64,000 nt of DNA, from positions 1,248,001 through 1,312,000 of the forward strand of contig CAUVWX020000001.1 in NCBI GenBank assembly GCA_963555815.3, written 5' to 3'. This DNA is from a bacterium. GTDB lineage: Bacteria > UBA8248 > JACPRG01 > G963555815. The notes below the pieces were generated by a model. It was not told the DNA's origin and searched no databases. It saw nothing but the letters and a program-made list of their open reading frames with translations. Position numbers and translations under genes: made by a program. How positions within the stretch are numbered: position 1 is the stretch's first letter; each line of letters begins with the position of its first letter. Below are positions 1-9,936 of this stretch, in pieces.

Positions 1-2238
1 CTCGGGGACCCCCGTTTGGCGGGTCCCCAGGATCTCTCCGGGCCCCCGCATCTGCAGGTCCTTTTCCGCTATGACGAAGCCGTCCTGGGTCTGCGACATC
101 ACCTTTAGGCGGGCCTTGGCCTCCTCAGTGAGAGGGGGATAGGCGTGAAGGAAACAGAAGGAGGGTGCACCGCCCCGTCCCACCCGGCCCCGTAGCTGAT
201 GGAGCTGGGAGAGGCCGAAGCGCTCGGCGTGCTCCACCCACATGACGGTCGCGTTGGGGACATCGACCCCCACCTCCACCACCGTCGTCGCCGCCAGGAT
301 GGCCACCTCGTCCGCGGCGAAGGCCCGCATCATCCGCTCCTTCTCTTCCCCCTTCATCTGGCCATGGAGGAGCCCCACAGGGTACTGCGGGAACTCCCCT
401 CTGATGCGTTCGGCCATCTCCACTGCCGCATTAAGGTCGGAACGCTCTGTCTCCTCCACCAGCGGGAGGACGACATAGGCCTGGTGTCCCGCTTTCAACT
501 CCGCCTTCAAGACTTTTCGGATTCGATCCGCCTTCCCCCCGGTGAAGACCTGGGTCTTGACGGGCTGGCGGCCGGGTGGGAGCTCATCCAGAACCGAGAG
601 GTCGAGATCCCCGTAGGCGGTCAGGGTCAGGGTCCGCGGGATGGGAGTGGCCGTCATGACCAAGATGTCAGGGGTCTCGCCCTTCTCTCGAAGGGCCGAG
701 CGCTGCATGACGCCAAATCGATGCTGCTCGTCGATGACCGCCAGAGAGAGGGCTTTGAACCGAACATCCTCCTGGATGAGGGCATGGGTCCCGATGGCGA
801 TGGCGACCTCTCCGCAAGCGAGGGCCTCAAGGGTTTTTGTCCGGCTCTTCCCCTTAAGACGTCCCGTCAGCAAGACTGCGGGAACCCCGAGGGGTTCTGT
901 AAGACCCCGAATGGTGAAGGCGTGCTGCTCTGCCAGGACTTCCGTGGGGACCATAAAGGCCGCTTGGTATCCGCTCTGGACCGCCATGAGGATGGCCTGA
1001 AGGGCCATCAGGGTTTTCCCGCTGCCCACATCCCCTTGAAGGAGTCGGTTCATGGGAAAGGGGCCCGACAGGTCTTGGGCAATTTCCCCGATGACTCGCT
1101 TTTGGGCGGTGGTCAGGGCAAAGTCCAAATGGGCCTGGAGACCTTCGGTCAGGGGGCCCTCGACACGATAGCTGAACCGCCGTTTCGACCTTTTTGTCTG
1201 GGCGCGGCGAAGGGCGAGGCCCACCTGTAGGGAAAAGAGCTCATCGAAGATGAGACGCCGGTGGCCGGGAGAGCGACCTTGGTTGAGGGAGTCCACGTTG
1301 GCCCCCTCGGGAGGAAAGTGAACCCCCTGAAGGGCCCTCGATAGGGGGATCAGGCGCTGTTGCTTCACGACGGCAGGGGGGGTTGTTTCTACTGCCCCTG
1401 CTGCAAAACCTTCCACCACCTCCTTCATCAGGGCCCGAAGGGTTCTCTGATGGAGCCCTTCTGTGGAGGGGTAGATGGGGACGATCCGTCCCAGATGGAT
1501 CGGCTCCTTGGAGCCGGGGCCCCCCTCGTCTACCTCCTCTGCCTCCGGATGATAGATCTCCAGCCTCCCGCCTCGATGTGGATTTTGACGGATCATACCG
1601 CTCAGCAAGAAACGGCGCCCAGACGGAAAATGCTGGGTCATGTAGGACGGGCGAAAGGTGAACCACACCCCTGTCAACCATCCGGTCTCATCGGCGAAGA
1701 TCACCTCGTACATCCGGCGTCCCCGCCCGGTCATGACCGGCCCCGCCCCGTGCACCTCTGCCAGCAGGGTTTCTTCCGCCCCGGGGACGAGCTGCCGAAT
1801 CTTTTTGAGGCGGCTTCGATCTGCATACTGGCGCGGGAGGAAATAGAGCGCGTCTCCCACGGTGGAGATCCCCAGGCGTGCGAGGGTCTGTGCGCGGCGT
1901 GGCCCTACCCCCTTTACGAATTGAATGGATTGTGCAAAGGGGCCTTGGCCGCTGGGGGAAAACTGGAGCAGGGCCTCAAGGCGGGGGAGGAGACTTTTAC
2001 CCTGGTTCACCCGTCGTCGCTTTTCCTCGGCGGGGAGGGCGTCAAAACCAGAAAAAGCCTTCCTGAGATCTTTGAGGAGTCCCTGGACCTCTCTGCCCGA
2101 GTGTGTCTTCAGCACCTCATCTATCCAGGCCGAAAGGGTTTTTTCGATGCCGGATACGACCGAAAGGCGAGAAGAGGCCTGTCGCGAGAGAAAGTCCAAG
2201 GGCCTTCGGATCTTCTCAATCAGAGGAGGGCCCGTCAT
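1..2238 (-). CDS. recG: ATP-dependent DNA helicase RecG (3' end runs off the window)
   Basis: Manual minus-strand translation from ATG 2238: VKGVGPRRA..LARLGI..DALYFLPRQY wedge region, and DLQMRGPGEILGTRQTG at the window edge. Absent from the ORF track because there is no stop in the window. Confidence 0.93.
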   Translation of the reverse strand, partial: MTGPPLIEKIRRPLDFLSRQASSRLSVVSGIEKTLSAWIDEVLKTHSGREVQGLLKDLRKAFSGFDALPAEEKRRRVNQGKSLLPRLEALLQFSPSGQGPFAQSIQFVKGVGPRRAQTLARLGISTVGDALYFLPRQYADRSRLKKIRQLVPGAEETLLAEVHGAGPVMTGRGRRMYEVIFADETGWLTGVWFTFRPSYMTQHFPSGRRFLLSGMIRQNPHRGGRLEIYHPEAEEVDEGGPGSKEPIHLGRIVPIYPSTEGLHQRTLRALMKEVVEGFAAGAVETTPPAVVKQQRLIPLSRALQGVHFPPEGANVDSLNQGRSPGHRRLIFDELFSLQVGLALRRAQTKRSKRRFSYRVEGPLTEGLQAHLDFALTTAQKRVIGEIAQDLSGPFPMNRLLQGDVGSGKTLMALQAILMAVQSGYQAAFMVPTEVLAEQHAFTIRGLTEPLGVPAVLLTGRLKGKSRTKTLEALACGEVAIAIGTHALIQEDVRFKALSLAVIDEQHRFGVMQRSALREKGETPDILVMTATPIPRTLTLTAYGDLDLSVLDELPPGRQPVKTQVFTGGKADRIRKVLKAELKAGHQAYVVLPLVEETERSDLNAAVEMAERIRGEFPQYPVGLLHGQMKGEEKERMMRAFAADEVAILAATTVVEVGVDVPNATVMWVEHAERFGLSQLHQLRGRVGRGGAPSFCFLHAYPPLTEEAKARLKVMSQTQDGFVIAEKDLQMRGPGEILGTRQTGVPE

Positions 2239-2369
2239 AGGCGCCCAGGAGTTGACCTGCGGAGGTGGGCGGTGGGGGCTTCAAAAAAAGTTTGCCAAGA
2301 TTCCAAGAGAGGTTTATGTTCCATGTTCCACTGAGGAAAGGTTGAGACTTACATCAAAGGGTATTTTTC

Positions 2370-2561
2370 ATGGCCAGGTGTTGCGCCATTTGCGGTAAGG
2401 GTCCCGTCGTAGGGAACCAGGTCAGCCACGCCCACAAGGCCAGCAAGCGTCGCTGGCTGCCAAACCTTCAGCGCGTCCGAATCGTCGTCAACGGCGGGGC
2501 GAAACGGGTCCTGGTCTGCACGCGCTGTATTCGCTCAGGAAAAGTCCGAAAGGCCGTTTGA
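2370..2561 (+). CDS. rpmB: 50S ribosomal protein L28 (Zn-binding type)
   Basis: [18 protein letters not shown]...RRWLPNLQ...CTRC. Confidence 0.97.
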   Translation: MARCCAICGKGPVVGNQVSHAHKASKRRWLPNLQRVRIVVNGGAKRVLVCTRCIRSGKVRKAV

Positions 2562-2592
2562 AGGGAGAACGGCCCCCCCCGCTGAGGATCTC

Positions 2593-4794
2593 TCAAGAGT
2601 TCGCCACCCGCCGAAGATGTGCGGTCCCCGAGATACTCCTGACCCGCTCGGCCCGAAGCACTCCGCGCACCGTCTGAACCCTCGCCAGCAACTGTTCCAG
2701 GTGGGCCAGGTCTCTAATCTGGACTCCCAAATAGAAGACCGCCTGCCCGCTCGTGGTCGTGTGCCCCTCCAGGTGAGCGATGTTGGCATCTGATTCGGTG
2801 ATGGCGGAACTGACCCGGGCGAGGAGACCGGGCTCGTCGATGGATTCCAGCATGACCTCGACGGTGCGCCGGACGGACTCGCTGAGGTCCCATTCCGCTG
2901 GGATCTTGCGCGCAGTTTCCAGGGGGAGGCCCTGGAGGATGGGACAGTCGGCGGTGTGGATGCTCACGCCCCGGCCCCGTGTGATGAAACCCGCAATGGG
3001 GTCCCCGGGGACCGGGTTGCAGCAACCGGCGAACCGCATGGGTATCTCCTCGACGCCTTTGATCTTGACCCCCCTCAGGGTCTGGGTGCCGCTCGTTTTC
3101 TCCTTGGTGGTTGCGCCGCCCGGGGAGACAGCCTCCAGGATCTCTTGGGGCAGGAGCTTTGAGACGACCTTCCTCGGGGGAATCCGCCCGAAGCCAATGG
3201 CTTGCAGGACATCTTTTGCCGAGGCGAGGTCCAAGGACCCGGCGACCTCCTTCAAAGACTCCTCAGTGGCGTCCTCCGCCGCGCTTCGGCCGTAGCGGCT
3301 GAGCTCCCTCTCCAGGAGCTCCCGTCCCAGGGAAAGCGCCCGTTCCTTTTCCTCTACCCGCAGCCACGCCCGGAGCTTGGAACGGGCGCGCGTGGTCCGC
3401 ACAAACCTCATCCAATCCCGGTTGGGGCGCTGGTGGGGAGATGTCTCGATCTCCACCAGGTCTCCATTCTGGAGCTCATATTTCAGGGGGACCAACTTGC
3501 CGTTCACCTTGGCCCGGGCGCAGCGATTTCCAATATCGGTGTGGATCCGGTAGGCGAAGTCGACGGGGGTGGCGCCCCTTGGAAAGGCCTGCACATCCCC
3601 TTGGGGCGTGAAGACATAGACCTCGTCGGGGAAGAGGTCTATCTTGAGGTTGTCCAGGAATTCGCGCGGGTCTTTGACCTCCCTCTGCCATTCGAGGAGC
3701 TGGCGGAGCCACACGAAACGCTCGTCCTCCTCCTCTTCCTCAGGCTGTCCCTCCTTGTAGCGCCAGTGGGCGGCGATCCCCTCCTCGGCAATCAGGTGCA
3801 TCTCCTTGGTTCGGATCTGAAACTCGACCTGGCGGCCCTTGGGGCCGACGACAGTCGTGTGGATCGACTGGTAGCGGTTGCCCTTGGGCAGCGCGACGAA
3901 ATCCTTAAATCGGCCCGGGATGGGTTTCCAGAGGGAGTGAATGATGCCGAGGAGGGCGTAACAGTCTTTTACGGAGTCCGTAATGATCCGAAGGGCCGTG
4001 AGGTCGTAAACCTCCCCGAGGGGGATGCGCTGAGCCAGCATCTTCCGGTGGATGCTGTAGAGACGCTTGTGTCTCCCCTGGATCTGCCCGCGGATGCTGG
4101 CGGCCTCCAACTCCGTTTCGATGCGGCGGATCAACTCTCCGATGTAATGCTGGCGTTCCTCATGGTCGATCGCAAGGCGCCGCCTGATGTCCTCGTATTC
4201 CCTGGGACGAAGATTTTTGAACGCCTCCTCCTCGAGCTCCTCCCTGACCCATCCCATCCCCAGCCGATCGGCCAGAGGGGCGTAGATGTCGATCGTTTCC
4301 TGTGCGATGGCCTCTCGCTTTCGAGGGGAGTGATACTGAAGGGTCCGAAGGTTGTGAAGACGATCCGCCAATTTGATGAGGATGACGCGAAGGTCCTTCG
4401 CCATCGCCAGGATCATCTTTCGCAAGTTCTCCGCTTGCCTCTCCGCGCTCCCCTTGGACTCGATCTGACTGATCTTGGTCACCCCATCCACCAGCTCCGC
4501 CACCTCTTCTCCAAAGAGCTCGCGGATCTCGTCGAGTTCCACATGGGTGTCCTCGACAATGTCGTGAAGGAGGCCGGCGGCCACGGTCTGGGCGTCCAGG
4601 AGAAGCTGGGCCAGGAGGTCCGCGACCTCTAAGGGGTGCGAAAGGTAGGGCTCTCCAGAGAGACGGACCTGCCCCCCGTGGACTTTGGCGGAGTAGACAT
4701 AGGCCTTTCGAACCAGGTCCACCTCGGGTTCGGGCAGATAGGTATGGAGGTGATCGATGATGTCCTCAAGGCGGATCATCTGACCCTTAATCAC
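2593..4794 (-). CDS. spoT: bifunctional (p)ppGpp synthetase/hydrolase, Rel/SpoT family
   Basis: HD hydrolase (LLHDIVED), DRLHN, RFKD, YQSIHT, AAHWRYK, TGS (DFAYRIHT), CCNP and ACT domains. Start may be the second Met (MIRLED). Confidence 0.95.
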   Translation of the reverse strand: MIKGQMIRLEDIIDHLHTYLPEPEVDLVRKAYVYSAKVHGGQVRLSGEPYLSHPLEVADLLAQLLLDAQTVAAGLLHDIVEDTHVELDEIRELFGEEVAELVDGVTKISQIESKGSAERQAENLRKMILAMAKDLRVILIKLADRLHNLRTLQYHSPRKREAIAQETIDIYAPLADRLGMGWVREELEEEAFKNLRPREYEDIRRRLAIDHEERQHYIGELIRRIETELEAASIRGQIQGRHKRLYSIHRKMLAQRIPLGEVYDLTALRIITDSVKDCYALLGIIHSLWKPIPGRFKDFVALPKGNRYQSIHTTVVGPKGRQVEFQIRTKEMHLIAEEGIAAHWRYKEGQPEEEEEDERFVWLRQLLEWQREVKDPREFLDNLKIDLFPDEVYVFTPQGDVQAFPRGATPVDFAYRIHTDIGNRCARAKVNGKLVPLKYELQNGDLVEIETSPHQRPNRDWMRFVRTTRARSKLRAWLRVEEKERALSLGRELLERELSRYGRSAAEDATEESLKEVAGSLDLASAKDVLQAIGFGRIPPRKVVSKLLPQEILEAVSPGGATTKEKTSGTQTLRGVKIKGVEEIPMRFAGCCNPVPGDPIAGFITRGRGVSIHTADCPILQGLPLETARKIPAEWDLSESVRRTVEVMLESIDEPGLLARVSSAITESDANIAHLEGHTTTSGQAVFYLGVQIRDLAHLEQLLARVQTVRGVLRAERVRSISGTAHLRRVANS

Positions 4795-4833
4795 CCATCG
4801 GATCGAACTGCCCCAGCGAGAAAAGAAGGCCTG

Positions 4834-5046
4834 TTAAGGACCCTTCGGGCCCTCCTTGGAATCTTCTGGCTCCTTGGGGGTAATGTCGATCTGATCAGAC
4901 TGCTGAAAGCTCTTTCGGAACCCTTTGATCCCTTTGGCCAACCCTGATCCAATGCCCGGGAGCCGCTTTGCGCCGAAGAAGAGGAGGATGATGAACAAGA
5001 TGATGAGGAGTTCTGTCAGGCCAAGTCCGAAGAAGTAGAAAAACAT
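4834..5046 (-). CDS. tatA: twin-arginine translocase TatA/E
   Basis: ELLIILFIILLFFGAKRLP..G..L.KGIKGFRK. Confidence 0.93.
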   Translation of the reverse strand: MFFYFFGLGLTELLIILFIILLFFGAKRLPGIGSGLAKGIKGFRKSFQQSDQIDITPKEPEDSKEGPKGP

Positions 5047-5111
5047 TTTTCCCTCTCTCCGGTAGCGGGGCGGCCTCTGCGGCCCCTAATTTCTGATACT
5101 TACCCACATTT

Positions 5112-5140
5112 ACGATATCCCCCAGCTCTCTCTGTGTCAA
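5112..5140 (-). promoter_or_regulatory. sigma70-type promoter for tatA-spoT
   Basis: TTGACA-N17-TATCGT on the minus strand. Confidence 0.5.
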
Positions 5141-5171
5141 GAAACTCCGGAGGTGAGAGTGCCCGGGTGGC

Positions 5172-6146
5172 TCAGGCTTTTGGCAAGTCCTGGTAGGCGG
5201 GGAGGCCGGGGACCGATTCTGCCTGGATCACGGCTCGGTTGATGGCGATGGCCAGCGCCTCTTCGGCCAGAAGGCCGAGGAGGTCCAGATCCTCTTCGAG
5301 GGTCCCCGTCGACAGGGCGAGGATCACGTCTCCATCGACCTGCGTGGAGGCCGGGCGGACGGTCTTGACCAGGCCCGCTGAGGCCATCCGGGCCAATTTC
5401 CCCGCCTCTCCCTTGGTGAGGCGGGCGTCTGTGGCAACGCAACAGAGGATGGTGGCCGGAGCTCCAAAGTGGGGGTGGCCTGCACCTTGTCGCATCATCT
5501 CCCAGGTGTCGGCCAGCTCAAGACTTTCCTCCCCCTTGCGTGCCCCCGCGAGCAGCCGTCTCGACCCGTGCTCGAGGATGTCCCCGAATGCGTTGACGAT
5601 GGCCAGGGCGCCGACCGTCGACCCCTCGGGACTCCCGAGGGACCAGGTCCCGACACCCCCTTTCATGGCATGCGAGGGGCCAAAGAGCTTTCCCACGGTG
5701 GCCCCCATACCGGCTCCGTGATTTCCCTCGGCGGGGGGTTCTGAGGAGGCCCTTTCGCAGGCCTGAAGGGCCATCTCGGGAGTGGGCCGTGACTTCGGGT
5801 CGCCCACCGAGAGGTCGTAGAGGATGGCGGCCGGGACAATGGGGACGGCCGTGTCCCTCGTGGGAAAACCCACGCCCCGTGCCTCGAGGTATTGCATCAC
5901 CCCTGCCGCGGCGTCCAGGCCAAAGGCGCTGCCCCCCGAGAAAAAAACGGCGTGAATGCGGTCGGCCACATGAAAGGGGCTCAGGGCGTCCATTTGACGG
6001 GTCCCCGTCGCAGAGCCCCGCAGGTCGGCCCCCGCGATGGCCCCCTTCTCGCACAGAATGACGGTACAGCCGGTGAGACCCTTTGGGTCCTCGGCGTGGC
6101 CCACCCGAAGGCCTGACACGTCGGTGATGGCTTGCACAGGGCCCAT
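5172..6146 (-). CDS. P1/S58 family (DmpA-like) peptidase
   Basis: ITDV.GLRVGH, TGCTV, GGSAFGLDAA, G.GAG.GAT.GK, MKGG.G, VNAFGD, DGD motifs. Confidence 0.88.
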   Translation of the reverse strand: MGPVQAITDVSGLRVGHAEDPKGLTGCTVILCEKGAIAGADLRGSATGTRQMDALSPFHVADRIHAVFFSGGSAFGLDAAAGVMQYLEARGVGFPTRDTAVPIVPAAILYDLSVGDPKSRPTPEMALQACERASSEPPAEGNHGAGMGATVGKLFGPSHAMKGGVGTWSLGSPEGSTVGALAIVNAFGDILEHGSRRLLAGARKGEESLELADTWEMMRQGAGHPHFGAPATILCCVATDARLTKGEAGKLARMASAGLVKTVRPASTQVDGDVILALSTGTLEEDLDLLGLLAEEALAIAINRAVIQAESVPGLPAYQDLPKA

Positions 6147-6231
6147 CCCACCTAAAATCTCAGGACGAAGAATCTACCCATTTGTGGAAGGTGCGCCTCA
6201 GTTCACGGGGTCGAGGGGGGTTGCCCGCGTC

Positions 6232-6702
6232 TCACTCCACAAGGATCTTTCCCTGCATGTCGTTGTAGTCGACCCCACTGTAAACAGTGCTGAAGAACTC
6301 GATGACGCCCTTGGTATCTGTCCGGACCACGACCGTGATGGGCTGACCCGGCTCGAAGGACCCGAAATTTCGGATCCGTCCAGGCCGCCGAATACCGAAG
6401 CCATGGGGGACATCCTCGCTCACCAGTTTAATTTCCAGGGCTTGGCCCTGCTTGACGCGAATGAGATTCGGCGTGAAGGAGTACCTCTTTGCGGTGATAG
6501 TCACTCGGACGATGACGGACTCCTCGGGAACCTTGAGCTCAACTTTCTTTCCCCCGAAGAAGCCGCATCCCCCCAAGAACAGAGCGCTCAGAACGAGGCC
6601 CCACCCCAGGGGGCGACAGTGGGAGCGTCGGAAACCCCCGCTTCTGCCTTCAAAGTGGGAGCGTCGGAAACCCCCGCTTCTGCCTTCAAAAAAGTCCCGC
6701 AT
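6232..6702 (-). CDS. cupredoxin-fold (COX II/NosZ C-terminal-like) lipoprotein lacking CuA cysteines
   Basis: Lipobox LGGC; F.PN.I.VKQG..., S.DVPHGF, C-terminal FFSTVYSGVDYNDMQG. Start uncertain (6702 chosen). Confidence 0.7.
   Translation of the reverse strand: MRDFFEGRSGGFRRSHFEGRSGGFRRSHCRPLGWGLVLSALFLGGCGFFGGKKVELKVPEESVIVRVTITAKRYSFTPNLIRVKQGQALEIKLVSEDVPHGFGIRRPGRIRNFGSFEPGQPITVVVRTDTKGVIEFFSTVYSGVDYNDMQGKILVE
6619..6690. repeat. perfect 36-bp tandem duplication (2 copies)
   Basis: gtgggagcgtcggaaacccccgcttctgccttcaaa at 6619-6654 and 6655-6690. Confidence 0.95.
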
Positions 6703-6754
6703 CCTCCACCACCGGTCAAATGGGAAAGAAAAGGCCATGACAACGGCTAAAAGG

Positions 6755-7183
6755 TCAAGGGCCAGTGCCAGCCCCGGAGACCCCCTCACGGTCCCCTTTT
6801 TTCTTCGCCTTGGCGAGGAACCGTTCTCCATCGACGATGAACCGCTCGTGAACCCCTTCTGCGATCTTCTCCACCTCGTCGTGGGCCTCTACGTCGAAGA
6901 CGAGACGCCTGCCGTCCACCTCCCGAAGTCGTACCTGGGCCACGATTTGAAGACCCGGTGGGGTCGCCTTGAGGTGGCGGATCTGGACCAGTGTCCCTAC
7001 CGTAAAGGTTCCCGGCGGGAGATGGCTGAGGACGGCCTGACTGGCCGCATTCTCCAGAAGGCGGATCAGGACAGGGGTCGCCAGGACTTGGACCCCCTTG
7101 TTCCCCAACGTGTGGGCCAGGTCGCGCATTTCAACCGTCTGCTCGGCTCGGCCTTCCAGCCCTGGGCGAATGGTCTCTTTCAC
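6755..7183 (-). CDS. hotdog-fold thioesterase (fluoroacetyl-CoA thioesterase FlK-like)
   Basis: VLATP..I.LLENAA, TVGT.V.I.HLKATPPG, G.HERF; GTG start at 7183 inferred. Confidence 0.85.
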   Translation of the reverse strand: MKETIRPGLEGRAEQTVEMRDLAHTLGNKGVQVLATPVLIRLLENAASQAVLSHLPPGTFTVGTLVQIRHLKATPPGLQIVAQVRLREVDGRRLVFDVEAHDEVEKIAEGVHERFIVDGERFLAKAKKKGDREGVSGAGTGP

Positions 7184-7232
7184 GGTCTTGCTCCCGGTGA
7201 TGAGATAGCCCCGAGGGGCCAGGAGAATCGGT

Positions 7233-7691
7233 CTATTTAGGAAGCTTCTGGAGCTCCGTGAAGATCTCCTTAGGGTCGGGCATCTCTCGCAGGTCTTCCT
7301 CGACCTTCCGGTAGGTGATCTTCCCCGCTTTATCGATAATGACAATCGCCCTTTGGGTCATCCCGCCGGGATGAAGAACCTCATAACTTTGGGCGATCTC
7401 TTTGCTGAAATCGCTCACGACGGGGATCTGAATCCCGTAAGCCTTTACCCAAGCCCCTTGGGCCCAGGGGCTGTCCACACTGACCCCCAAGACCTCGGTC
7501 TCCAGGGCTCGGAACCGCTCGATGTTCTGAGAATACGCGGGGATCTGCTCACTGCAAACGGGGCTAAAGACAAACGGGAAGAAAGCCAGCACAACATTCT
7601 TCTTCCCTCGGTAGGAGGAAAGAGTGATCTCCCGATTCCCTGTCGCCTTTGCCGTAAAGTCGGGGGCCTGATCTCCGACTTGGGCCGCCAT
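7233..7691 (-). CDS. 1-Cys peroxiredoxin (AhpC/TSA, AhpE-like)
   Basis: VGD.APDF, FFPFVFSPVC peroxidatic motif, GVSVDS, SDF, R.IVIIDK.G. Confidence 0.9.
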   Translation of the reverse strand: MAAQVGDQAPDFTAKATGNREITLSSYRGKKNVVLAFFPFVFSPVCSEQIPAYSQNIERFRALETEVLGVSVDSPWAQGAWVKAYGIQIPVVSDFSKEIAQSYEVLHPGGMTQRAIVIIDKAGKITYRKVEEDLREMPDPKEIFTELQKLPK

Positions 7692-7850
7692 AGAACCCCT
7701 TTGAATGGATAAGACAGTTTTTTCGAGATCGGCTGTCCATAAAGCCCAATTCTCTTCAACATATTCGATAGGGGCCGGACTGTCAATTCAGCCTGTGTTT
7801 CGCTTGATTGGGGTAGCGGCGGGGTTCTGTGCGCGTCCCTCAGCCCTGCA

Positions 7851-8084
7851 CTACGAAGGAAAAATCTCTGAGACTCGCCGGGCCTGGACGGAGGATTCCA
7901 CGGCCCTGTCACTCTCGGTGAGGTACTTGACGACGGGTTGGGCGAGGTTCTCATCGACGAACAAGAGAAAATCTGTTGGGTCTCCGGGACGAAATTGAAC
8001 TGATACGATGACGGCGTCCGGCGGGATGACGTGGCCGACCAGGAGACTTCTGATCAGGTCTTCTTGAGTGTCAGGTGCTCCCAT
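7851..8084 (-). CDS. hypothetical protein
   Basis: 77-aa ORF with GAGGGG RBS, same strand as the downstream operon. Confidence 0.5.
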   Translation of the reverse strand: MGAPDTQEDLIRSLLVGHVIPPDAVIVSVQFRPGDPTDFLLFVDENLAQPVVKYLTESDRAVESSVQARRVSEIFPS

Positions 8085-8216
8085 CGTCCCCTCTTTTTTC
8101 CAATGGATTTTGCTATTGACCCCGAGAGCCTCATACCCCTAGCCTTAGGGAAGGTATGGGACCCATCGGCTTTGGCGTCGACTCCCGGGGTTTTTCTGTT
8201 CACAATTCACCCAAGA

Positions 8217-8734
8217 TGAGCCTTTCCCATTTGAGAAACCCTGTCAAGAGAAAAATAGCCCAAACGGGAAATAAGTTTTCGGCTAGACTGTCGAAGCGGC
8301 TGAAATCCGCCTTTGGCTCCCTCAGTGTGGCAGAGGTGGCCAGGAGGACGCGTTACCCCTACAGGACCGTTCACAATTACCTCCAGGGGCGAGAGCCCTC
8401 TTTGAAATTCCTCTGCGACGTGGCCGAGGAGTTTGATGTCTCCCTGGATTGGCTGCTGAAGGGGGTCCCCCCCCAAAGCGCACGAAAGGCGATGGGGCGC
8501 CCGGGGAGCAGACTGGTCCGAATTCGAGAACCGTCAAAGGGAGGTGTCATCCGGCCACTTTCTCCAGGGGAGGTTAAGCGGGTGGCTGAAGAGGAGGCGC
8601 GCTACACGTCCGCCAAGCCAGCCGACCCGGAAATCATCAGGCTGATGAAGGCTCTCGCGGACCTGAGGGAGAAAAACCCTAAAGGGTTTTCGGCGTTGAA
8701 GTCGATGGTCGAGGCGCTCAGGAAGAAGAAATAG
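8217..8734 (+). CDS. XRE/CI-like HTH transcriptional regulator
   Basis: VAEVARRT..PYRTVHNYLQG.REP..FL..VAEEFDVSLDWLL.G; start uncertain (8156 or 8217). Confidence 0.8.
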
Positions 8735-8758
8735 GGATGCCGGAGGCGAAATGGCCGG

Positions 8759-9649
8759 TCATCGTCCCTGGTTGACCTCGTGGGCAAGCTCGGCCATGGC
8801 CCGGATGTGTAAAGGCGTTGTTCCGCAGCAACCCCCGAAGAGATTTGCGCCGTTGGGGATGAGCCTGCGCATCCCTGCGGTCATCCGCTCTGGGGTCTCA
8901 TCTCATTCCAGCTCCCCGGCACGCATTTTTGGAAGGCCTGCGTTTGGTTTGCAGACGAGAAGCGCCTTGGGAAAGGATTTCCTGAGCTCCGTGAGGATGA
9001 CGATTGCCTCCTCGACGCCGTTGGTGCAGTTGGCCCCGATGAGGTCGGCCCCGGCCTGAAGGGTTTTTCGCCCGGCTTGGGAAGGGGTGACGCCGCATAG
9101 GGTCCTGGGGCCTTGTGGGCCCGGGGCAAAGGTCAGGTTCGCGATAACGGGGAGGTCCGGCCGGATCGCCTTGGCCGCTCGGATCGCCCCCTCGGCCTCC
9201 TCGACGGCCATCATGGTCTCTACCGCCACCCCGTCAATCCCTCCGTCCACGAGGCCTTGAACTTGCTCGGCGAAGATGTCGATCACCTCTTCCGGGTCCA
9301 AGGGGGGCCCCTGAGACTGCCCCGTCGGCCCCACCGAGCCAAAGACCCATTTTCCCGGTCCCGCCTCCTTGCGGGCGAGCTCTGCCGAGAGCCTGTTGAG
9401 GCGGTAGACATCCTTCTCAAGGCCAAAATTTTTGAGGCGGAATCGGTTCCCCCCGAAGCTGTTCGTATAGACAAGATTACTCCCGGCCTCAAAGTAGGAC
9501 CGATGAATCCCCCTCACCTCTTCCGGCCGAGTCTGACACCAGATCTCAGGGGGTTCGCGAGCGTCCATCCCCATCTGCCGGATCAGGGATCCCATCGCCC
9601 CATCGGCCACCAGGATCTGTTCACGGGCCGCCTGAAGAAAAGAGGTCAT
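8759..9649 (-). CDS. homocysteine S-methyltransferase family protein (MetH N-domain-like) with an in-frame TGA at 8903-8905
   Basis: DGAMGS, TNSFG, GSVGPTG, ETM, GANC, PNAGLP; after the TGA the same frame continues DETPE...GGCCGTTP.HIRA to a stop at 8759. Confidence 0.85.
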
Positions 9650-9936
9650 GTGCTCTCCTGGTCAGGGATCAGCGCTGGGAGCAGACCCTTTTATATTGGT
9701 GTGGAGCCGTCTGTGGGGGCCCGATTCGCCTAAAATGAGAAGCCTCTGTTAAGGAGTTCTAGAGAACCCATCATCACAGGACTTCTGAGAGATTATAAGA
9801 GATGTTCCTCCAATAAATACCTATCTGCCATCAGGACCTTTTAATTATTTCAAGGTAAAAACACGTTGCATTTTTTTTGAATTGGTAACAAAATTAGCAG
9901 TAGAGATCTAGGGGGATATTAAGGGGAGGATTGGTC

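Noticed and set aside
199..2334. Long plus-strand ORFs (343 aa, 324 aa)
   Set aside because: Antisense shadows of recG; no motifs, expected in GC-rich DNA.
3202..4632. 476-aa plus-strand ORF
   Set aside because: Antisense shadow of rel/spoT.
6619..6690. 36-bp repeat as a CRISPR array
   Set aside because: Two adjacent copies with no spacer, inside a CDS, no cas genes.
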